Below are positions 49,813 to 62,680 of a stretch of DNA of 64,000 nt, one piece after another. The position numbers and the translations under genes were made by a program. The stretch spans positions 53,816,001-53,880,000 of the forward strand of contig OZ038378.1 in the NCBI GenBank assembly GCA_964036045.1, given 5' to 3'. How positions within the stretch are numbered: the stretch's first letter is position 1; each line of letters opens with the position of its first letter. A model generated the notes under the pieces. The model was given only the letters and a program-made list of their open reading frames with translations, was not told the origin of the DNA and did no database searches. The DNA comes from Eutreptiella sp. 'Long Island Sound 2002' (Eukaryota; Protista; Euglenida).

Positions 49813-50241
49813 TGTATAGAGGATATATATCCTCTAATGTACACCCCTCTTCCCAACTCCACATGGCTCCAAGTGCAGTTTTAGGGTAGGCCACAAGCGT
49901 ACAAGATGCATTTGTAGTGACCCAATTTTGTTTGTGCAAATTGTGAACGCACATGGCTGTGATGGTGTGAATATTGCAACGGTTGCGCTTGTTGCTCACT
50001 TTTCAATGAGTGGCGGATGTGTGGACGAACTGAATAGAAGCCACACAATGGTGGGTCTTCCTGTGATGGATGTAGGGGTTGATGCCCTCTTGACATGCAG
50101 CAAATTGTAGCTTCCATAGTGTTTGTCCAAATACAAGGTTGCTAGGGTTGATGCTTTCTTGCTAGTCAGCACATCCCAGCATGCACAGTCACCATCGACA
50201 AAAGAGGTTGCACGGGCACATGCCATCATACTGCAATGCGC

Positions 50242-50272
<31 letters not shown>

Positions 50273-51347
50273 GCCCACAAAATCCCCACACTGAAGTGAG
50301 TTATTGTTAGTCGCTTACCGGTCCCATGTCTCACTCCAACTTGTTAGATTGGCTTTGGTGCTAGTAGGGATACCAAGTCAAGCCATTGAGGTCGAGGTAT
50401 TTGACTCTTCAAGAACGGACCAAGGTTCATCCTACGAGACACAACTACTTTGCGTGGGAGTGGATTCTATGGGGAACTGGTTCACACTGGTGCAGGACAA
50501 TGATCTACAAGGACCTATTGCATTTGAGAGAGGCTGGTACATGGGTCCAAAGGGACACACTCCAAGTCTACATGGACAAGCAACACACCCAAGCCCACAC
50601 CCACACTGATGCATGGGAGGCCATAATGCAAACTCGAGGAAGCACGCCAAAGTACGGGAGTCCATACCCCCAACTCGAGGGACCACACCGAAGTGTGGGA
50701 GTCCATAGCCCCAAGTCAAGGCGCCACAACCTAATTGGTGTGTTTCAGAGTTTTGGTTGAGGTTGTTTGGGTTATTCATTGTTGCATTGATGTTTGCTAG
50801 GCGTGAAGGCATGTTTGATATTGTTGAGGCCCTATTGTCCGCAATGCCCCCCCCCCCCCCGCATTGTGAGAATTTGTTATTACCTTCATAAGCAACTTGT
50901 CTAGCACAACTTTCTTGTGCGGCTGTAAAAAGGCAGAAAATAGCCATGTCTTGAGAAACGGGGAATTAGAGATGGACAAACCCTCCAAACTGATATGTTT
51001 CCCCAGCCAATCCGGCTGCACTAGCAGCCTAGCGGCTCTAGAACACTCTTTCTCGATATCGCAAAGCCCTGTATATGGAGGTACCAGACAAACAAGAACC
51101 ACACACAACTAACCACTCCTTATCAGATTTGACAAATAGTACATCATCCAAGCAGTGGTCAAACTATACATCATCCCATGACTCACACCCTTTAGGCAAC
51201 GCCAGCATGCGCAGCAACCGCCCCTCTATCAGCAACTACCTCTTGGCCAACTGCCGGCGAAAACCGCCGCTCAAAAGGCAGGGATCTCAAATCACACACT
51301 CGTGTCGCACCCTACACTCGAAGCGTACGCCAAACCTTGGGAGGCAA

Positions 51348-51443
51348 CTTCACGGAGGGACAACAATTTGTCTAGCTTAATCAAAAAACACTTTGCTTCA
51401 CGGAGGGACAACAATTTGTCTAGCTTAATCAAAAAACACTTTG
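51348..51443 (+). repeat. Perfect 48-bp tandem duplication
   Basis: cttcacggagggacaacaatttgtctagcttaatcaaaaaacactttg x2. Confidence 0.95.
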
Positions 51444-52049
51444 TAGCTCTAGGTCGCTAATTCACCCCCCAACTAATGAACTCCTCACGCAAAATGTAAA
51501 GAATGGGTCGTCTCATTTCCAAATTGGGCCCATCATATGCTTTGTTGCCTAGCTTTTACAATTAGATATGAACGAACACTTCCCTTTTTTCTTTTGGGTA
51601 TGATAAAAATTGGTGCCATGGGCTTCTTACCAAACCGTGGCATGCATTGGCATGCCCATGACTCTCCAAAGCGGACACCATGGCCCTTTCTGCTTCCGTC
51701 AACTCCTGACTAGGTACTTCCACAGAACCCATAGCCTCAACGGCCTCTACCAAGATCAAATGGTCCCAAACATCACATAGCACTTGCCTCTCCTAGTCTC
51801 TTCTCAGCAATTTCTACACGTATAGTTTTGTGACCTCTTCAGTTCTTGACATCACCAGGTCCTGATCCCCTAGGATTGGGATTGATGGGTGGCACACCCC
51901 GAAACATCCTTTTCGACAAACTCATTATATTCGTGTGATGTATAATGTATGGAGATCGCTTGTGACTGCCACGTTTCTCGCTATTGCTGATCTTCGTGTG
52001 CCAAAGTTGTTGTTCCCCACGTGGATGTTGGTTAAGTGGCTAGCTGTGG

Positions 52050-52390
52050 ATGCGGTTGCATGCCGGTCACCGCGTGGGGTCCGATAGGGTCGGGTGCTTC
52101 GATGGTTTGAAAGGACATGCAGGTGTTTGAGTGCCCGGATTGGGTTTCTAGCCAACAAGTGGCAGAACTTTGGAGTTCAGAATTGGGTGCGCACAGTCAA
52201 GTGGCCATGTTACAAGATAACATGCAAGCGGTCCGGAATGCTATTAATTTACGCTCGCATACAGGGTTATGGCTTGAGAATCGCATTCTTCGTGCAGTAA
52301 CCCATCGGTTGAGAAGGTCGGCGTTGGTGGTCCATGGGGTATATACACCAACAAACTTACAGCCGACGGATCCCTTGTCGAGGGTCGCTA
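52050..52390 (+). mobile_element. DIRS/VIPER-like RNase H remnant
   Basis: SSQQVAELWS...VAMLQDNMQAV...NRILRAV...VHGVYTPTNLQPTDPLSR matches the RNase H signature of tyrosine-recombinase retrotransposons (ELxA...DN...Y/HxP...NxADxLSR). Confidence 0.6.
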
Positions 52391-52629
52391 GCACGAGTCA
52401 CAAGTGTGTCGCACAGGCGGTCACAACTACGATTGAGGAACATCGTCTGAAATCTGCATTGCCGGTAGGTGAAGGATGTTTCTTTTGTCTCAGTATGAGC
52501 GATGTTCATTGCATGTATAGTTGGGGTCACCCCTCAGCTAGTCAGTGGATTTTTTTTGTGGTTTTCCAGATGGATTGCTATGTATTTGTGGAGGTTGTTA
52601 GACATGTGAAGTTGAATACATAAGATAAA

Positions 52630-52957
52630 GTGGCCTAGAGGATTTTGCTAGGAAATCAATGATTTTTGAGTTTTGGCTGATGCACGTGTGCTGTGCTGGT
52701 GAAACATCCATTGTTGTGCTAACAGTGGTTTTGCCAATGAATGTATAATAGCTGAGATCCATTGCTTTTTGTACACAGATTATTTGATTGCTTTGTGTAG
52801 CTGGGTAAAGCCAGTAGGCCTGCCCATCCACCCGCATCTATTTGTGTGCACATTGGTGACTATTGGTGAGTTCTGCATGGCTGCGGCCTAGAGGATTGTG
52901 CTATGCAATCAATGATTTCTGAGTTTTAGCTAATGCACGTGTGCTGGTGAAACCAAT
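52630..52957 (+). repeat. ~75-bp direct repeat pair
   Basis: ggcctagaggatt.tgcta.g.aatcaatgattt.tgagtttt.gct.atgcacgtgtgctg at ~52632 and ~52885. Confidence 0.8.
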
Positions 52958-53309
52958 GCATGATAAACTGATGGGACGAAATGTCATAAGGGGACACCAA
53001 TGGAGAGCAGGCTGGGGAGTGGTTGCACATGAACGGTGTGTTCGTGTTCATGTTTTGTGCAGCATGGTACACCTCGCCACAGGGGAGAGTGTGACCCTGC
53101 CTCCTCAGTGATGGGGGCTCCAGGGCCCCTGGTCCGGAGCTGCAGGTGGTCCACAACCAGATCATGATGGGCCACAGCATGAGGTACCATTCCTACTCCT
53201 ACTACTACGCCGTCTTGGTTATTCGCAGGCTAGTGCCGCTCTTTCTGTCACGTGCCCATGCACCTTTTCACCCGCCTGTACCCTTCAACTGCGCCCCTGT
53301 GCATGGCAG

Positions 53310-53504
53310 GTGTCGGCACAGATTGCAGAGCTGCAACTGCAGGTGTTAGAGCTGAATAACAAACTCTCTGAAACGACTTCAATTGCCCAGAAATACGAAA
53401 AGGACTGGGAGGCCCAAATTTCCCGGCTGATTGGCCAGGCCATCGTCCCGGACCTCAGCTCCAAAGCAGAGGTGACGTGGGTCAAAGAGCAGCTGCAGCA
53501 GATG
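53310..53504 (+). CDS. Host gene exon (65 aa, coiled-coil), phase 0/0
   Basis: Acceptor tggcag|GTG and donor ATG|gtaaag (alternative AAG|gtgcct at 53510). Translation VSAQIAELQLQVLELNNKL...WVKEQLQQM. Confidence 0.75.
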
Positions 53505-55799
53505 GTAAAGGTGCCTGTCTTCCACCACGCCCTTGCTCTCTTACTCCTTGACTTCTGCTCTCTCTTTCCCACACGTTCTTCTTCGCTCACTCCACCAACA
53601 CTCCCCTTCTTCCTGCAATTTGCTCCCTCTTTCCCACCTCCTCCCACATTTAAACGCAGGTGTAAACAACACCCCAATGAATCCAGTGCAAGCAACAAGC
53701 AGGTTACCAAGCAAGCATGCCACCCAGCCGTTACACTTTCCCCTCTTCCCACTTCCCAACTTGGTCCTTTCGCTACTCATGTTTGACATTGACAAGTGGC
53801 CTCCCCAAATCCAGTGATTGCTGAGAATGCAACAATGGCAAATTGCAGCCTGAGCTGTGGGTCGCAGGTTGGAAGGTAGCCCTCACAGGCATTCACAGCT
53901 TCGGCCCGAACACAGTCAGTTTTGTCCCAAATCTCTTCGGCCAAACCTCTTGACCTGCTGATTGGTCTATTGTACTGGCTGGCGTTGTCTGTCTCCAGGA
54001 TTCAACTCCTCAATATGTCTAAATTCTGCGACGAAATGGGCCCAAAATGGCCCAGTGACTGCACATTTTGGCCACAAAGAAGGTTGGCGCTATGTGACAC
54101 GATATATGAATCTAAGACCCAACTTTTTACAGTTTCCACCATCCAGATTGTCCAAATGTAGCAGTGGAGCTCAAAACGGCTCTCAAACATCTGTTGCAAC
54201 GTGCACCCATTTCTTTCCACTCTTGATTCCAATGGCGCCTGTTTTATAAGGCACCTTGGAACTTGTAGCGCTTGAATTGACCGGAATTGACTCAAAGTGG
54301 TCTAGTACCGCTGTTGGAAAGCATGAGACCCATTTTTGAGCAACTTTGGATTCCAAATGGCCCATTTTCAAGTTCGTACTGGGTGGGTATATGTGCACTC
54401 TGGCTGGTGCAAGTGTGCACTAGCCATGGTGTGCACCGGGGTCCATTTTGACCCATTTTGACATCCAAGGCGGAGCCTACATGCCAATGTGTGAGGAGGG
54501 CAGTCTCTCCAAGTGGTCTTTACAAGGAGTGCGGGCCAATAAGTGGATCAAACTGAAAGAAGCGGGCAGGGTACACGCCACAAATGCAACCTGGTTCAGC
54601 AACATGGACAGGCCATGTGATTCTGAGCCAGAGAATGCGCAGCACACAGCAGCGTCCAGTGAGCCTCTGGAGGCTCTGCCCAAAGGAGGGGCCACACGTA
54701 CCCGGTGGCACACCCTCTTGGATGTGGGGCTCCAATCTACACACGCAGATCCCGTGGGAAGGGGCCGGAATGCTACAAGAGAAGGGAAAGAAAAAGAGAA
54801 AGCAAGCCTCGTCTGTGTCAACGTCATCAAATGAAGATAAAACTTTTTTGCTTTTTTGCCCTACACTGGCTAGCGATAGGGCTGCATCCACTTTGAGCCA
54901 CAGCTCGTCTTCTACCTCTAGCTCTCGCTCAGCATCAATGACCCTTGGGTACCTGCAGTGCAGTGCACTGCATTGTGAGTGGCATAGCTCTAGCATCAAC
55001 GGCTGTTGCTCTCTTACTGTCCAGCGGCAACCCAGCAGTTGAGCAAAACCATCTGAATATCACAGATTTATGGAATACGTATTTCTCTGAGCCTGGACTA
55101 CTTTCAAGCAAAAGGAAAGAACACCAAAAATACCTCAAATTTTCAGCACCACACCTTTGGGAGTGTGAAGTGCGTTGTAAAAGTATGCAAAAATAAATTA
55201 ATTGTGTGTGCAAAAAACTCAATCTCTCTACTATGTTTGGTTTGCACTCTTCTTTTGCCACAGCATGTTCAGTTTGCGTTTATATTTTGAAGTGATCCCC
55301 CGTGAAACTGTTGTCCCTCCTTTGACCGTTGAAGGCATCAAAATTCACCCCGAAGAGAGGTTGTTAGATCAAGCGCAGGCGCGAGCGTTGTATACCCCCC
55401 CCTTTTTGTGTAGCATACCATTCACGTAGCATACCCCAATGTATGGTTTGTGACGTCTAACCCCTTGTAAAATCATCATTTTAGGACCAAAAATGATCCT
55501 CCAATGATTTTTTGGACTTTGACCCCGTACCCCCCCCCCTCTTGGATACCCTTTTTTTAAGGGGGGGGGGTCAAAACTTCTTTGCGTGTTGTGGCCGCTC
55601 CGTGTGTGTATTTGGACTTGGATCGTGAAGAACTTTTTTCTTGTATATGGACGTGCTAACCCATGGCAGGGTCCCAGGTCCCAACTCCACGTGCCCCCAG
55701 CCCCCCCCCCCCCCCCATATGGCCCCTTGCCAGTGAGGACTTAGCCGTTTTTACACTGGATAGGCTGTTTAGTGGCACGTGAACGTTTTTTCAAATTCA

Positions 55800-56564
55800 A
55801 TTTTTGATGAAACCGTTCCGTTGCCCCTAAGATGGGTTTGGGTGATCATTTGGTGACAATAGGGGTACTTGAGCCCCCATGGGGACCCACGTAGTGGCCG
55901 CTAGGCCTATGTAGCCTGTGCCATGAGCCCCCCGAAAGCCCCAAAATCGCCTCGTAGAGGTTGTTAGACCGGAGCCACGCAGGCCCGTATATAGGGGAAA
56001 ACACCACATACCCCCCTTTTTGGGCCCTTTGGGGGCTATTCGCAAACCCTACTTGAAGGGGTTGAATTGTTAGTTTAACCCCTTGTAAAATCATTATTTT
56101 GTCCAATAAACACGTCCCCCAATGAGTCCGGACCTGCCCCCCCAAGCCCTCCCCTCTTGAAACCCACTTGTTTGGGCTTTTGAGGGAGGGGGGGGAGAGG
56201 GGGGGGTTAAAGGATTGACCCGCCTTTTTTTTTGCGTCACGAAAAAAGTCATGAATCTTCTAGTTTTCTTCGATTTTGAGCCGAAAAAATGTTTCCAGGT
56301 CTCAACTCCATATGGTTTGTATGGGAGGGAGTGGGACGAGTGCTCATGCAGTTTATGCACTTTTCCGCCATTTTCGCTATGTTGGCGCTTTTGGCGACCT
56401 CGGTGACCCTGTGGTACCCACTATGAGGGGTGTGAGTGGGGATGTTGTGACAACATATGCCTACTACGATACGAGAGGCGGTTTTTTTGCGGTGTGTAGC
56501 CTTGGTGAGGGCCGGTCAAAACCCGTGCCAAAGGCGCGAAATGACTGTTTCCACCAATAATGCC
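55800..56564 (-). repeat. Non-coding repeat family copy, inverted relative to 60860-61830
   Basis: The reverse complement of 56010-56564 matches 61260-61830, and that of 55800-55960 matches 60870-61030. Confidence 0.85.
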
Positions 56565-58816
56565 TTCCCGTTCATTGCACTATCCGCCGCATGTGCTTCA
56601 ACAACCAGAGTGTAGCACGTGAGGAAGATCCCGTCGTCAGGAACAAGGCCTCTTTGAACTACACAATGAACCGGCCCTGGTGATTCATTGGGAAGGCGCA
56701 CCAACTTGACGAACAAAAGGTGGAGCCGCCGTTGGTCACCCGCAAAGGACGTCCGCACCCTGTCAAATTGCTTCATGGCAAACTCGCGAACTTGTGGTAG
56801 AGGAGCCGTGTAACCGTCGGAAAGAGTTGTCACTTCCTGTGCCGAAAGACCACGCACGTCCTCAAGGTAGATATCTTGATGAGGGGGTTTCCCTGCGACG
56901 GTCTCCCAGTGAAACTTGTTGTGGGCCGCCTTGACCTCTTGTCGTAGCTTGTCAATGATGTCGATTGATTCTTGCACGAGAACATATGACCAGCGTCGAT
57001 CGGAGTCCTCCCCATGTGCCTCCAACGGTGTGGTACCGTCTGCCCCCTTGACACGGTTGTCCGACATGCCAATCGGTAGTGGTGGTGGTAGGGAGGGGAT
57101 GGTGATGGGGTCGTTGTTGTGTGTCACCCATAGCCCAGCGGACGTTGTTCCTGGCCCATGTCCACTCCATTGGCAAGGGGAGTCGCTTCGGAGGGGTTGC
57201 ACGGGGCTTGACAAACTTGGATCCTTCTCCATGGACAAGCAGAGGGAGTGCTGCCTTGCCATGATGTGTTTTTCCGAGGGGCCCCTTCGGGGGCATGTGC
57301 TCGGAGGTCCAGGCACCCGTCGTTATCACGGTTCTCGAGGTACACCGTCTCCTGGCGGCCATCCCCATCCACGGTAGCGTGGGCATACTCAAATAGGTCC
57401 TCCAGGTGGAGATCTGGGTTCCCTCGGAGAATGTCGTGGAGGACGTCGCTGAAGCACCCGGGGGATCGCTTGGCGGTGAACGCGGGCAGCATCTTGACAT
57501 CCGCCATTGCACCATCGCATTGCACCGGCCTACGCTCCCTTGCGAGGATGCATTGCGTGGGCATTTTGGTGATATGGACCACTGTTGCCCCCGTCTTGGC
57601 CTCCACACTGCCAATCCACCCCTTGGCAAGGTTGTCCACTTTGGGCATTGCAAAGAGGACAAAGGTGCTAATGCAAGACAGGTGCTGTGGACAGGTTTCA
57701 AGACAGGGGGCTGTCCGTAGACAGGGGGTGCAGGCAAGCTCCAAGACAGGCGGGTGTCGTAAGGCAGCTGGCACAAGACAGGGGGGCTGTCGTTCGACAG
57801 ACCCACTATTTTGTGCAAAGACGGGGGCAATTGTGAAAAAAAAAGTTGGCCGAAAGGCGAGCGCACAACGCAACAACTTGTATATTTGGGCTAATTTCAC
57901 CTGCCTCAGTGCACAAAAACCCCAAGAACATGCACCGGTGCAGGGTATGGGGTGCCAAAAATGTGCTGCGAAAGGGGGGGGGGGGTTGTCGGCCTCATCT
58001 TGTCTAGCTGCACCTTAGAGGGCTAGCCTGCGGGGGGGGCGGGGGGGGGATCCTTCTTCGACGCCCCCCACCCCCCACAACACGGTGTTGCCCTTGGCCA
58101 CCTTGATGTCTTCCCGCGCCCACACAGGCTGCGAGGAGACGAAGGGGTGGATGGGGAGATGCCCCGACCGACACAGACACCCGCTGCGGTGCTCCAGGCT
58201 CCGCTGGCCAGTACCGGTCCTAGTCCACACGCACGGGGAATGGGGAGGCACGGGGGGGGGGGGGGGGGCTCTGGGATGCAGCTGCAGCTTGCTATGCCGG
58301 AGCGTTCCAGGGACGCCAGTTGGGGTCCCGCCCCGCAAGCTGCAAGGCAGGGGCCGCCCGGGATGTAGAGGCAACCGCTTTGTTGGATATCGCAGTCTTA
58401 GTCGACGTCGAAGTCTTAGTCGACGTCGAAGTCTTAGCCGTCGTCGTCGTCGTGGTTGTTGCGGCCGGTGCGGTTGCGGTCGCCAGGGACCAGGCCGGGG
58501 CTGGTTAGCCCCGCGACTGTGCCAGCTCGCGGCGGAGGGCGTTGATCACGCCCTCAAGGGACGCACTCTGGCGCTGTAGGGAGGCGATCATCGCCCGCTC
58601 AGCTGTGGGGGAGGGGCGTTGCTTGGCGGGTTCACCGCCCCCTTGACGCCCCCTGGAGCGGGAGCGGCTGCGTGCCGCCCCCTCGTTGACAGTTGCGGGC
58701 GGCACGCCGGCAAGAAAAGGTGCCAGCGCCGCGCTTATGGCCGTATGGACCGTGGGGCGTTGTAGGAGGGCAGCCAGCTGGGTGGCCACCCCCTCTTGGT
58801 CACCCATCGTGCTCAT
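56516..58816 (-). mobile_element. Decayed ORF1-like (gag-like) coding region
   Basis: Pyrimidine-rich leader 58960-58817, ATG 58816, coiled coil ERAMIASLQRQSASLEGVINALRRELAQS, T/S/K low-complexity tract (18-bp repeats 58395-58440), then 258-aa and 266-aa overlapping ORFs. Confidence 0.35.
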
Positions 58817-59003
58817 GGCGCGCGGGCAAAGGAAAGGGGAGACGCAAAAGCGTCAAAGTAAAAGATAGGAAAGTTGTAGCGCAGCTAGGTAGGAAGGTTT
58901 ACAACAAGAGGCCTAAAAAACATACAGAGAGGGCATTCGTCCTTTAGTGTCCACTGGAATATGTACATAGGTTGAAGGGCGCGGGGGGTGGGCCAAATCC
59001 AGT

Positions 59004-60706
59004 TCAGGCGCCCGTGGCCTCCCCTACAAGCCCTCCACCTAAGTCTGCACGGCAGCAAGGAGTGACAAGCCAAAGGCGACTACGTCTCTCGCGTGTGGGC
59101 CTTGCGACGCTGCCGTAGCTGCGGCAGCGTGGAGTCAGGTGGTGAAGGCGCGGAAGGCACGTTCTCCACAGGGTCAGTGGAGCCCTCCCTCGCAACGCCG
59201 GCTGCGGGGCGGGGGGGGGGGGGTGTCCGCTATGCACCTGGCAGCTTGCGGCTGCAGCCCCTGCGACCCTGGGGCGGGGATCGTCGCAGTGGCACAACGC
59301 AGCTACTCGAGGCCGCTGAAATGCGGCGAAAAACTTTCGGGAGCGACGCCGGGGGGTCGTCCACCGGCGGTGCGGTGGGGGTTTCTCCGCGGGGGAAGCA
59401 CAGGGGGGAGCAAAGAAGCCCCGCAGTGCAGGAAGCTCCCCGGGCAGATCGGAGAAAGGATCAGCATCCCCCCCTCCCGGTTGTGTTGGTCCCACACTCA
59501 CATCCCTCCTATGGTCAGTTGGAAGGTCAAGTTGGGGGCGCTTCGGGGATCGGAGGTCCCCGGGCTCTAGGGCCATGTGGGGGCGAGCCCCCCGTGTCCT
59601 AGGGGGGGGGGGGCGTGCACCGGCGAGCAGTAGGGGGGCCCGAGGTTGGAAGGGCTTGGGAGGCGGGGCGCGCTCGACCGAGCCTAGAGGAGAGCGCCGA
59701 CCCCCCAGCGCGCCGGTCTTGGGGCACCAGCACATGCCGGCGCCGGTGCGACCCGAGGCGGGGCCGCTGGGCACCGTGCGCCCACCGCAGAGCCACCATA
59801 CCCTCGTGTCCGGCACGGCAGCAGCGGTTGATGTCCCAGCCAAGGCTTCTGCACCCGGGGCCCATGCTTCAAGCAGATGGCGCCCTGAGTGCCGCTACCC
59901 GCATGTGGTAGGCGGCTGCGCTCTGGAGCCGCGAGCGGAATGCTCTTGGGCAACGCCCGGGGGGGCCCCTTGGCGTATGATAGGAGCGCGGGGCCCCCTT
60001 CGAGGGGGCAGGGGTAGTAGTCTCCCCAGAAAATGGTTGCCTAGTGGCGAGCATATACAGGCCGGCCTCCGCAAGCGCCGTACCTACGTGTCACGGCAGT
60101 GAGTCGCCAGTGAGTCGCCAGGCGCATAAGCTGCAACATAACCTTGTGGCGAGCCGCGAAGAACGGGCGGGCTAATAGGCCAGTGCACGCGTCGTCCCCC
60201 GAGTGGGAGGCGGGAGCGACACCGCCCCAGGGGGGGTCCGCACAGCAGTGTGCCAACCACTAGGTGGCGCTCGACCACTCCGGCTGCTTTGCACAAGATC
60301 TGGGCCCGTTCCCTCAGCGGGAGGCGCGTGCCCGGCAGATGGTGATCAGGGGAGGCTAGGAGTGCCCGTCCCACAAAGGCCTTGTAGTCTAGGGCCAGCT
60401 CAGCATACGACACTACCGCTGGCCCCGGCATGCAAACTAGCGCCCGTGCACATTGGACCAAGTCCTCGACAAAGCCTTAGGGCCACCGCGAAAGCGGCGG
60501 GGCCCCTGGCCGGAGGCGCGGCTGGTGCAGAGCCGCATCCGACTGACAAAGTTGTCCCAGGGGAAGGGGTTGCGGGGCCGCGGTCGCGGCTTGTCTGGGG
60601 ACAAGGAGTCCCCGTGGCCCGCTTGGTGCCCGTGGCCCGCTTGGTCCCCGTGGGTGGCGAGGACCGCCAGGTGCATGCTGTACAAGCAGTACTGAAAACC
60701 ACACAA
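59004..60706 (-). mobile_element. GC-rich 3' fragment of a probable non-LTR retrotransposon ORF2
   Basis: Frameshifted R/P-rich coding with PFPWD...VVSYAELALDYKAFVGRALLASP. I recall similar C-terminal LINE motifs but have not verified this; no RT core present. Confidence 0.35.
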
Positions 60707-61889
60707 AGAGGGTCTGGAACATGCTTTACATAGCAGGTTTCGTCATTGTGAGTGGTCATAATATCAATTTCGTTTTGCACAAATTTCATTTTTGACTTGT
60801 ATGAGGTGAAAATGGCTCAAGCAGTTTGTGCACACACCAAATGCCATTGAACCACCTACAAACACTACTTTTGAAGCTTTTGGGGGGCCCATGGCTCGAG
60901 CTAGATGGGCCCAATGGCCACTACTTGGGTCCCCATGGGCGCTCAAGTACCCGTATTGTCACCAAATGATCACCTGAACCCATCCTAGGGCCAACAGAAG
61001 GGTTTTGGCAAAAGTCCAAATGTGAAAAACTCTGTTGCTTACGGCAAGTCTACCTGGCTGAGAATTTATCCCAAGCAACACACACCCAAAATAGGGTAAA
61101 AACTACAGAAATACGGGCTAAAACATGCTTTGCATGCCTTGGATGGTCATTTTGGGTGATAACAGCAGCCAAAAAATAAATTTCGAAAAATTTGATTTTG
61201 GAGTTAATCAGGGTCAAAAACTGCATCAGCAGGTTTTGCAACGGCCCATTCACTCATAAAGGCATTATTGGTGGAAACAGTCATTTTGCGTTTTTGGCAC
61301 GGGTTTTGACCGGCCCTGAGCAAGGCTACACACTGCAAAAAACGGCCTCTTGTAACCTAGTAGGCATATGTTGTCACAACATCCCCACTCACACCCCTCA
61401 CAGTGGGTACAACGGGGTCACCGAGATTGCCAAAACCACCTGCATGAGCGCTCGTCCCACTCCGTCCCATACAAACCCCATGGAGTTGGGACCCGGAAAC
61501 ACGGTTTATGGTCAAAATAACAAAAACTAAAAAACGCATGACTTTTGCCCCAAACAAACGGGGGGTCATTGTTTCGACATTTTTGACCACCCCCACTCCC
61601 TCAAAAGCTCAAAAAAGTGGGTTTCAAGTGGGGGGGGTCAGTGGGAGCCCGAACCAAAGCCTCATTGGGGGATGCCTCTTTTGGACAAAATAATGATTTT
61701 ACAAGGGGTTAAAGCAAGGATTCAGCCCCTTGGGGTAGGGTACGCGAACAGCACCAAAAAGGCCCAAAGGGGGGGGCGGGGGCGTTTTCCCCTATTTACC
61801 GGCCTGTGTGGCTTTGATCTAACAACCTTTGCAAGGTGGTTTTCAAGTGTCACTAAACGACTTACACAACAGCAATTTTATTGCCTTCG

Positions 61890-62680
61890 GCAAGTCCACC
61901 TCGCAGAGAATCTACCCCAAGCAACAACACACACCCAAAATAGGGTAAAAACTACATAAATACGGGCTAAAACATGCTTTACATATCTTGGACGGTCGTT
62001 TTATGTGATCACAAGATCAAAAAAATAGAATTTAGAATCTTTGAGTTTTGAGCTGTATAAGCTGAAAACGTGCATAAGCAGGTTGTGCACCAAGCCCGTT
62101 TGACCCCCCCCCCCCACCGCCCCGCACCCAATACGCAAATAGGGTGAACAACACATAAATACGGCCTACAACATGCCTTATATACCTTGGATGGTCATTA
62201 TAGGTCATCACGGAATCGAAAAATTCAGAACCTTCCATTTTTGAGCAGCCCAAGGTCCAAAACTGCATAAGCAGGTTGTGCACCAATCCCTTGGGAGACC
62301 CCCCCCCCCGGGCCCAATACCCAAATAGGTGCAAAACACAGAACTACGGCCTAAAACATGCTTTACATACCTTGGATGGTTATTTTAGGCTATTACGGAA
62401 TCAAAAAAAAAGTTTCGGACACTTCCATTTTCGAGTTGTCCAAGGTGAAAAACCGCACCAGCAGGTTGTGTACCAATCCCTTGGGAGACCCCCCCCCCCC
62501 GGGCCTAGTACCCAAATAAGGTGAAAACCATGCAAATACGGCCTAAAACATGCTTTGCATACCTTGGATGGTCATTTTAGGTGATCACAATATCAAAAAA
62601 GTAAGTTTCGGAAACTTCGATCTTTGAGTTGTCCAGGGTCAAAAACTGCATGAGCATGTTGTGCACCGGCCCATTCACTC
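61890..62680 (+). repeat. Four tandem ~190-bp units (plus one at ~61040-61255)
   Basis: cccaaatagg(g)tgaaaac...aaatacggcctaaaacatgcttt.cataccttggatggt...aaaactgcat.agcaggttgtg repeated. Confidence 0.85.

Noticed and set aside
53146-53203. Extra host micro-exon (cag|GTGGTCCAC...ATGAG|gtacc)
   Set aside because: It ends in phase 2, which is incompatible with the phase-0 exon at 53310 unless another unseen exon compensates.
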